From Auanema rhodensis (taxonomy: Eukaryota; Animalia; Nematoda), in NCBI GenBank assembly GCA_964057225.1, contig OZ059896.1, positions 20,646,001 through 20,710,000 on the forward strand: DNA of 64,000 bases, written 5' to 3'. The notes under the pieces are model-generated. The model was not told where the DNA came from. It was given only the letters and a program-made list of their open reading frames with translations, and did not search any database. A program made the position numbers and the translations under genes. The number at the start of each line of letters is the position of its first letter. The first letter of the stretch is position 1. Of the stretch, positions 55,201 through 64,000 are shown in pieces.

Positions 55201-58200
55201 AAAACGATGGACAATGTTATTCAACGAAAAAATTAATTCTTCAGGGTGAAAATCGAGGATATAAGTGTGAACTTATATCAGTTGATATCTCGGTGCATTT
55301 TTAAGCTAGCGCAAATCTGATAACACAGATCGACGCAGCTTAAAAATCCGCATCGAATGCACTATACTACATTGAGAAACGCTTAATACAAAAATTAGTT
55401 ATGATCGTTTGAAAAATGATGCATTAGTGTATGTTGAGTTTCCATGTACACTCAACATTGCTTCCAAAAACATTTTGACAAAAATTTTTTCGAAAAATTT
55501 CAAAATAATTTAGCAAAAAGTAGATGTTTTTAGATTCCATTTTTCAAGGCAAAGACGATAGACAATGTTATTCAACGAAAAAATTAATTCTTCAGGGTGA
55601 AAATCGAGGATATAAGTGTGAACTTATATCAGTTGATATCTCGGTGCATTTTCAAGCTAGCGCAAATCTGATAACACAGATCGACGCAGCTTAAAAATCC
55701 GCATCGAATGCACTATACTACATTGAGAAACGCTTAATACAAAAATTAGTTATGATCGTTTGAAAAATGATGCATTAGTGTATGTTGAGTTTCCATGTAC
55801 ACTCAACATTGCTTCCAAAAACATTTTGACAAAAATTTTTTCGAAAAATTTCAAAATAATTTAGCAAAAAGTAGATGTTTTTAGATTCCTTTTTTTAAGG
55901 CAAAAACGATGGACAATGTTATTCAACGAAAAAATTAATTCTTCAGGGTGAAAATCGAGGATATAAGTGTGAACTTATATCAGTTGATATCTCGGTGCAT
56001 TTTTAAGCTAGCGCAAATCTGATAACACAGATCGACGCAGCTTAAAAATCCGCATCGAATGCACTATACTACATTGAGAAACGCTTAATACAAAAATTAG
56101 TTATGATCGTTTGAAAAATGATGCATTAGTGTATGTTGAGTTTCCATGTACACTCAACATTGCTTCCAAAAACATTTTGACAAAAATTTTTTCGAAAAAT
56201 TTCAAAATAATTTAGCAAAAAGTAGATGTTTTTAGATTCCATTTTTCAAGGCAAAGACGATAGACAATGTTATTCAACGAAAAAATTAATTCTTCAGGGT
56301 GAAAATCGAGGATATAAGTGTGAACTTATATCAGTTGATATCTCGGTGCATTTTCAAGCTAGCGCAAATCTGATAACACAGATCGACGCAGCTTAAAAAT
56401 CCGCATCGAATGCACTATACTACATTGAGAAACGCTTAATACAAAAATTAGTTATGATCGTTTGAAAAATGATGCATTAGTGTATGTTGAGTTTCCATGT
56501 ACACTCAACATTGCTTCCAAAAACATTTTGACAAAAATTTTTTCGAAAAATTTCAAAATAATTTAGCAAAAAGTAGATGTTTTTAGATTCCATTTTTCAA
56601 GGCAAAGACGATAGACAATGTTATTCAACGAAAAAATTAATTCTTCAGGGTGAAAATCGAGGATATAAGTGTGAACTTATATCAGTTGATATCTCGGTGC
56701 ATTTTCAAGCTAGCGCAAATCTGATAACACAGATCGACGCAGCTTAAAAATCCGCATCGAATGCACTATACTACATTGAGAAACGCTTAATACAAAAATT
56801 AGTTATGATCGTTTGAAAAATGATGCATTAGTGTATGTTGAGTTTCCATGTACACTCAACATTGCTTCCAAAAACATTTTGACAAAACTTTTTTCGAAAA
56901 ATTTCAAAATAATTTAGCAAAAAGTAGATGTTTTTAGATTTCTTTTTTTAAGGCAAAAACGATGGACAATGTTATTCAACGAAAAAATTAGTTCTTCAGG
57001 GTGAAAATCGAGGATATAAGTGTGAACTTATATCAGTTGATATCTCGGTGCATTTTTAAGCTAGCGCAAATCTGATAACACAGATCGACGCAGCTTAAAA
57101 ATCTGCATCGAATGCACTATACTACATCAAGAAACGCTTAATACAAAAATTAGTTATGATCGTTTGAAAAATGATGCATTAGTGTATGTTGAGTTTCCAT
57201 GTACACTCAACATTGCTTCCAAAAACATTTTGACAAAAATTTTTTCGAAAAATTTCAAAATAATTTAGCAAAAAGTAGATGTTTTTAGATTCCTTTTTTT
57301 AAAGCAAAAACGATGGACAATGTTATTCAACGAAAAAATTAATTCTTCAGGGTGAAAATCGAGGATATAAGTGTGAACTTATATCAGTTGATATCTCGGT
57401 GCATTTTCAAGCTAGCGCAAATCTGATAACACAGATCGACGCAGCTTAAAAATCCGCATCGAATGCACTATACTACATTGAGAAACGCTTAATACAAAAA
57501 TTAGTTATGATCGTTTGAAAAATGATGCATTAGTGTATGTTGAGTTTCCATGTACACTCAACATTGCTTCCAAAAACATTTTGACAAAAATTTTTTCGAA
57601 AAATTTCAAAATAATTTAGCAAAAAGTAGATGTTTTTAGATTCCATTTTTCAAGGCAAAGACGATAGACAGTGTTATTCAACGAAAAAATCAATTCTTCA
57701 GGGTGAAAATCGAGGATATAAGTGTGAACTTATATCAGTTGATATCTCGGTGCATTTTCAAGCTAGCGCAAATCTGATAACACAGATCGACGCAGCTTAA
57801 AAATCCGCATCGAATGCACTATACTACATTGAGAAACGCTTAATACAAAAATTAGTTATGATCGTTTGAAAAATGATGCATTAGTGTATGTTGAGTTTCC
57901 ATGTACACTCAACATTGCTTCCAAAAACATTTTGACAAAAATTTTTTCGAAAAATTTCAAAATAATTTAGCAAAAAGTAGATGTTTTTAGATTCCTTTTT
58001 TTAAGGCAAAAACGATGGACAATGTTATTCAACGAAAAAATTAATTCTTCAGGGTGAAAATCGAGGATATAAGTGTGAACTTATATCAGTTGATATCTCG
58101 GTGCATTTTTAAGCTAGCGCAAATCTGATAACACAGATCGACGCAGCTTAAAAATCCGCATCGAATGCACTATACTACATTGAGAAACGCTTAATACAAA

Positions 58201-59261
58201 AATTAGTTATGATCGTTTGAAAAATGATGCATTAGTGTATGTTGAGTTTCCATGTACACTCAACATTGCTTCCAAAAACATTTTGACAAAAATTTTTTCG
58301 AAAAATTTCAAAATAATTTAGCAAAAAGTAGATGTTTTTAGATTCCATTTTTCAAGGCAAAGACGATAGACAATGTTATTCAACGAAAAAATTAATTCTT
58401 CAGGGTGAAAATCGAGGATATAAGTGTGAACTTATATCAGTTGATATCTCGGTGCATTTTCAAGCTAGCGCAAATCTGATAACACAGATCGACGCAGCTT
58501 AAAAATCCGCATCGAATGCACTATACTACATTGAGAAACGCTTAATACAAAAATTAGTTATGATCGTTTGAAAAATGATGCATTAGTGTATGTTGAGTTT
58601 CCATGTACACTCAACATTGCTTCCAAAAACATTTTGACAAAACTTTTTTCGAAAAATTTCAAAATAATTTAGCAAAAAGTAGATGTTTTTAGATTTCTTT
58701 TTTTAAGGCAAAAACGATGGACAATGTTATTCAACGAAAAAATTAATTCTTCAGGGTGAAAATCGAGGATATAAGTGTGAACTTATATCAGTTGATATCT
58801 CGGTGCATTTTTAAGCTAGCGCAAATCTGATAACACAGATCGACGCAGCTTAAAAATCCGCATCGAATGCACTATACTACATTGAGAAACGCTTAATACA
58901 AAAATTAGTTATGATCGTTTGAAAAATGATGCATTAGTGTATGTTGAGTTTCCATGTACACTCAACATTGCTTCCAAAAACATTTTGACAAAAATTTTTT
59001 CGAAAAATTTCAAAATAATTTAGCAAAAAGTAGATGTTTTTAGATTCCATTTTTCAAGGCAAAGACGATAGACAATGTTATTCAACGAAAAAATTAATTC
59101 TTCAGGGTGAAAATCGAGGATATAAGTGTGAACTTATATCAGTTGATATCTCGGTGCATTTTCAAGCTAGCGCAAATCTGATAACACAGATCGACGCAGC
59201 TTAAAAATCCGCATCGAATGCACTATACTACATTGAGAAACGCTTAATACAAAAATTAGTT

Positions 59262-62200
59262 ATGATCGTTTGAAAAATGATGCATTAGTGTATGTTGAGT
59301 TTCCATGTACACTCAACATTGCTTCCAAAAACATTTTGACAAAACTTTTTTCGAAAAATTTCAAAATAATTTAGCAAAAAGTAGATGTTTTTAGATTTCT
59401 TTTTTTAAGGCAAAAACGATGGACAATGTTATTCAACGAAAAAATTAGTTCTTCAGGGTGAAAATCGAGGATATAAGTGTGAACTTATATCAGTTGATAT
59501 CTCGGTGCATTTTTAAGCTAGCGCAAATCTGATAACACAGATCGACGCAGCTTAAAAATCTGCATCGAATGCACTATACTACATCAAGAAACGCTTGATA
59601 CAAAAATTAGTTATGATCGTTTGAAAAATGATGCATTAGTGTATGTTGAGTTTCCATGTACACTCAACATTGCTTCCAAAAACATTTTGACAAAAATTTT
59701 TTCGAAAAATTTCAAAATAATTTAGCAAAAAGTAGATGTTTTTAGATTCCATTTTTCAAGGCAAAGACGATAGACAATGTTATTCAACGAAAAAATTAAT
59801 TCTTCAGGGTGAAAATCGAGGATATAAGTGTGAACTTATATCAGTTGATATCTCGGTGCATTTTTAAGCTAGCGCAAATCTGATAACACAGATCGACGCA
59901 GCTTAAAAATCCACATCGAATGCACTATACTACATTGAGAAACGCTTGATACAAAAATTAGTTATGATCGTTTGAAAAATGATGCATTAGTGTATGTTGA
60001 GTTTCCATGTACACTCAACATTGCTTCCAAAAACATTTTGACAAAAATTTTTTCGAAAAATTTCAAAATAATTTAGCGAAAAGTAGATGTTTTTAGATTC
60101 CTTTTTTCAAGGCAAAGACGATGGACAATGTTATTCAACGAAAAAATTAATTCTTCAGGGTGAAAATCGAGGATATAAGTGTGAACTTATATCAGTTGAT
60201 ATCTCGGTGCATTTTTAAGCTAGCGCAAATCTGATAACACAGATCGGCGCAGCTTAAAATCCGCATCGAATGCACTATACTACATTGAGAAACGCTTGAT
60301 ACAAAAATTAGTTATGATCGTTTGAAAAATGATGCATTAGTGTATGTTGAGTTTCCATGTACACTCAACATTGCTTCCAAAAACATTTTTACAAAAATTT
60401 TTTCGAAAAATTTCAAAATAATTTAGCAAAAAGTAGATGTTTTTAGATTCCTTTTTTTAAGGCAAAAACGATGGACAATGTTATTCAACGAAAAAATTAA
60501 TTCTTCAGGGTGAAAATCGAGGATATAAGTGTGAACTTATATCAGTTGATATCTCGGTGCATTTTTAAGCTAGCGCAAATCTGATAACACAGATCGACGC
60601 AGCTTAAAAATCCGCATCGAATGCACTATACTACATTGAGAAACGCTTAATACAAAAATTAGTTATGATCGTTTGAAAAATGATGCATTAGTGTATGTTG
60701 AGTTTCCATGTACACTCAACATTGCTTCCAAAAACATTTTGACAAAAATTTTTTCGAAAAATTTCAAAATAATTTAGCAAAAAGTAGATGTTTTTAGATT
60801 CCATTTTTCAAGGCAAAGACGATAGACAATGTTATTCAACGAAAAAATTAATTCTTCAGGGTGAAAATCGAGGATATAAGTGTGAACTTATATCAGTTGA
60901 TATCTCGGTGCATTTTTAAGCTAGCGCAAATCTGATAACACAGATCGGCGCAGCTTAAAATCCGCATCGAATGCACTATACTACATTGAAAAACGCTTGA
61001 TACAAAAATTAGTTATGATCGTTTGAAAAATGATGCATTAGTGTATGTTGAGTTTCCATGTACACTCAACATTGCTTCCAAAAACATTTTGACAAAAATT
61101 TTTTCGAAAAATTTCAAAATAATTTAGCAAAAAGTAGATGTTTTTAGATTCCATTTTTCAAGGCAAAGACGATAGACAATGTTATTCAACGAAAAAATTA
61201 ATTCTTCAGGGTGAAAATCGAGGATATAAGTGTGAACTTATATCAGTTGATATCTCGGTGCATTTTTAAGCTAGCGCAAATCTGATAACACAGATCGACG
61301 CAGCTTAAAAATCCGCATCGAATGCACTATACTACATTGAGAAACGCTTAATACAAAAATTAGTTATGATCGTTTGAAAAATGATGCATTAGTGTATGTT
61401 GAGTTTCCATGTACACTCAACATTGCTTCCAAAAACATTTTGACAAAAATTTTTTCGAAAAATTTCAAAATAATTTAGCAAAAAGTAGATGTTTTTAGAT
61501 TCCATTTTTCAAGGCAAAGACGATAGACAATGTTATTCAACGAAAAAATTAATTCTTCAGGGTGAAAATCGAGGATATAAGTGTGAACTTATATCAGTTG
61601 ATATCTCGGTGCATTTTTAAGCTAGCGCAAATCTGATAACACAGATCGGCGCAGCTTAAAATCCGCATCGAATGCACTATACTACATTGAAAAACGCTTG
61701 ATACAAAAATTAGTTATGATCGTTTGAAAAATGATGCATTAGTGTATGTTGAGTTTCCATGTACACTCAACATTGCTTCCAAAAACATTTTGACAAAAAT
61801 TTTTTCGAAAAATTTCAAAATAATTTAGCAAAAAGTAGATGTTTTTAGATTCCATTTTTCAAGGCAAAGACGATAGACAATGTTATTCAACGAAAAAATT
61901 AATTCTTCAGGGTGAAAATCGAGGATATAAGTGTGAACTTATATCAGTTGATATCTCGGTGCATTTTCAAGCTAGCGCAAATCTGATAACACAGATCGAC
62001 GCAGCTTAAAAATCCGCATCGAATGCACTATACTACATTGAGAAACGCTTAATACAAAAATTAGTTATGATCGTTTGAAAAATGATGCATTAGTGTATGT
62101 TGAGTTTCCATGTACACTCAACATTGCTTCCAAAATCATTTTGACAAAACTTTTTTCGAAAAATTTCAAAATAATTTAGCAAAAAGTAGATGTTTTTAGA

Positions 62201-64000
62201 TTTCTTTTTTTAAGGCAAAAACGATGGACAATGTTATTCAACGAAAAAATTAGTTCTTCAGGGTGAAAATCGAGGATATAAGTGTGAACTTATATCAGTT
62301 GATATCTCGGTGCATTTTTAAGCTAGCGCAAATCTGATAACAAAGATCGACGCAGCTTAAAAATCTGCATCGAATGCACTATACTACATCAAGAAACGCT
62401 TGATACAAAAATTAGTTATGATCGTTTGAAAAATGATGCATTAGTGTATGTTGAGTTTCCATGTACACTCAACATTGCTTCCAAAAACATTTTGACAAAA
62501 ATTTTTTCGAAAAATTTCAAAATAATTTAGCAAAAAGTAGATGTTTTTAGATTCCATTTTTCAAGGCAAAGACGATAGACAATGTTATTCAACGAAAAAA
62601 TTAATTCTTCAGGGTGAAAATCGAGGATATAAGTGTGAACTTATATCAGTTGATATCTCGGTGAATTTTTAAGCTAGCGCAAATCTGATAACACAGATCG
62701 ACGCAGCTTAAAAATCCACATCGAATGCACTATACTACATTGAGAAACGCTTGATACAAAAATTAGTTATGATCGTTTGAAAAATGATGCATTAGTGTAT
62801 GTTGAGTTTCCATGTACACTCAACATTGCTTCCAAAAACATTTTGACAAAAATTTTTTCGAAAAATTTCAAAATAATTTAGCGAAAAGTAGATGTTTTTA
62901 GATTCCTTTTTTCAAGGCAAAGACGATGGACAATGTTATTCAACGAAAAAATTAATTCTTCAGGGTGAAAATCGAGGATATAAGTGTGAACTTATATCAG
63001 TTGATATCTCGGTGCATTTTTAAGCTAGCGCAAATCTGATAACACAGATCGGCGCAGCTTAAAATCCGCATCGAATGCACTATACTACATTGAGAAACGC
63101 TTGATACAAAAATTAGTTATGATCGTTTGAAAAATGATGCATTAGTGTATGTTGAGTTTCCATGTACACTCAACATTGCTTCCAAAAACATTTTTACAAA
63201 AATTTTTTCGAAAAATTTCAAAATAATTTAGCAAAAAGTAGATGTTTTTAGATTCCTTTTTTTAAGGCAAAAACGATGGACAATGTTATTCAACGAAAAA
63301 ATTAATTCTTCAGGGTGAAAATCGAGGATATAAGTGTGAACTTATATCAGTTGATATCTCGGTGCATTTTTAAGCTAGCGCAAATCTGATAACACAGATC
63401 GACGCAGCTTAAAAATCCGCATCGAATGCACTATACTACATTGAGAAACGCTTAATACAAAAATTAGTTATGATCGTTTGAAAAATGATGCATTAGTGTA
63501 TGTTGAGTTTCCATGTACACTCAACATTGCTTCCAAAAACATTTTGACAAAAATTTTTTCGAAAAATTTCAAAATAATTTAGCAAAAAGTAGATGTTTTT
63601 AGATTCCATTTTTCAAGGCAAAGACAATAGACAATGTTATTCAACGAAAAAATTAATTCTTCAGGGTGAAAATCGAGGATATAAGTGTGAACTTATATCA
63701 GTTGATATCTCGGTGCATTTTTAAGCTAGCGCAAATCTGATAACACAGATCGGCGCAGCTTAAAATCCGCATCGAATGCACTATACTACATTGAAAAACG
63801 CTTGATACAAAAATTAGTTATGATCGTTTGAAAAATGATGCATTAGTGTATGTTGAGTTTCCATGTACACTCAACATTGCTTCCAAAAACATTTTGACAA
63901 AAATTTTTTCGAAAAATTTCAAAATAATTTAGCAAAAAGTAGATGTTTTTAGATTCCATTTTTCAAGGCAAAGACGATAGACAATGTTATTCAACGAAAA
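59262..64000 (+). repeat. 8-monomer (2805 bp) duplication, second copy truncated by the window end
   Basis: CCACATC monomers 59613/62418, GCGAAA 59964/62769, CATTTTTAC 60314/63119, TTGAAAAAC 60665/63470. Confidence 0.9.

Larger units (their letters stand above)
1..64000. repeat. Tandem satellite DNA array, 351-bp monomer, ~182 full copies plus a partial copy, single orientation, runs off both window ends
   Basis: ATGATCGTTTGAAAAATGATGC recurs at 1, 352, 703, 1054 ... 3511 (=1+10x351) ... 63470, 63820. Monomers are mostly 350-352 bp, with one of 349 bp at 31192 and one of 310 bp at 17195. No unique intervening sequence seen. Confidence 0.99.

Noticed and set aside
1-64000. Giant repetitive protein-coding array (351 is divisible by 3)
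   Set aside because: The ORF track shows nothing longer than 70 aa in six frames, and frequent 1-bp indels shift the frame.
1-64000. CRISPR array or integron cassette array
   Set aside because: There are no unique spacers or cassettes; the entire period is repeated, and no cas or integrase gene is present.

Overview
The whole 64 kb window is one uninterrupted head-to-tail tandem satellite array. It has an AT-rich monomer of 351 bp (about 31% GC by hand count of copy 1), with about 182 full copies plus a final partial copy. All copies lie in the same orientation and differ by only a few substitutions or 1-bp indels. I found no credible genes, RNA genes, CRISPR spacers or transposon insertions; the two 70-aa ORFs are chance read-throughs in a duplicated monomer variant. 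The size and homogeneity fit eukaryotic centromeric or pericentromeric satellite DNA (inference; I do not recognise the family). Four points stand out. (1) Two perfect 9-bp hairpins sit half a period apart (axes 44.5 and 219.5), and the halves between them look like diverged reverse complements, suggesting a hidden ~175-bp unit in alternating orientation. (2) Each monomer has a 67-nt bulged hairpin. (3) One chimeric monomer has lost exactly the 40-bp hairpin block. (4) Local higher-order duplications (2-, 3-, 4-, 5-, 7-, 8-, 12- and 17-19-mers) are layered along the array, with a switch of variant sets near 30-32 kb. All alignments and counts were done by eye.
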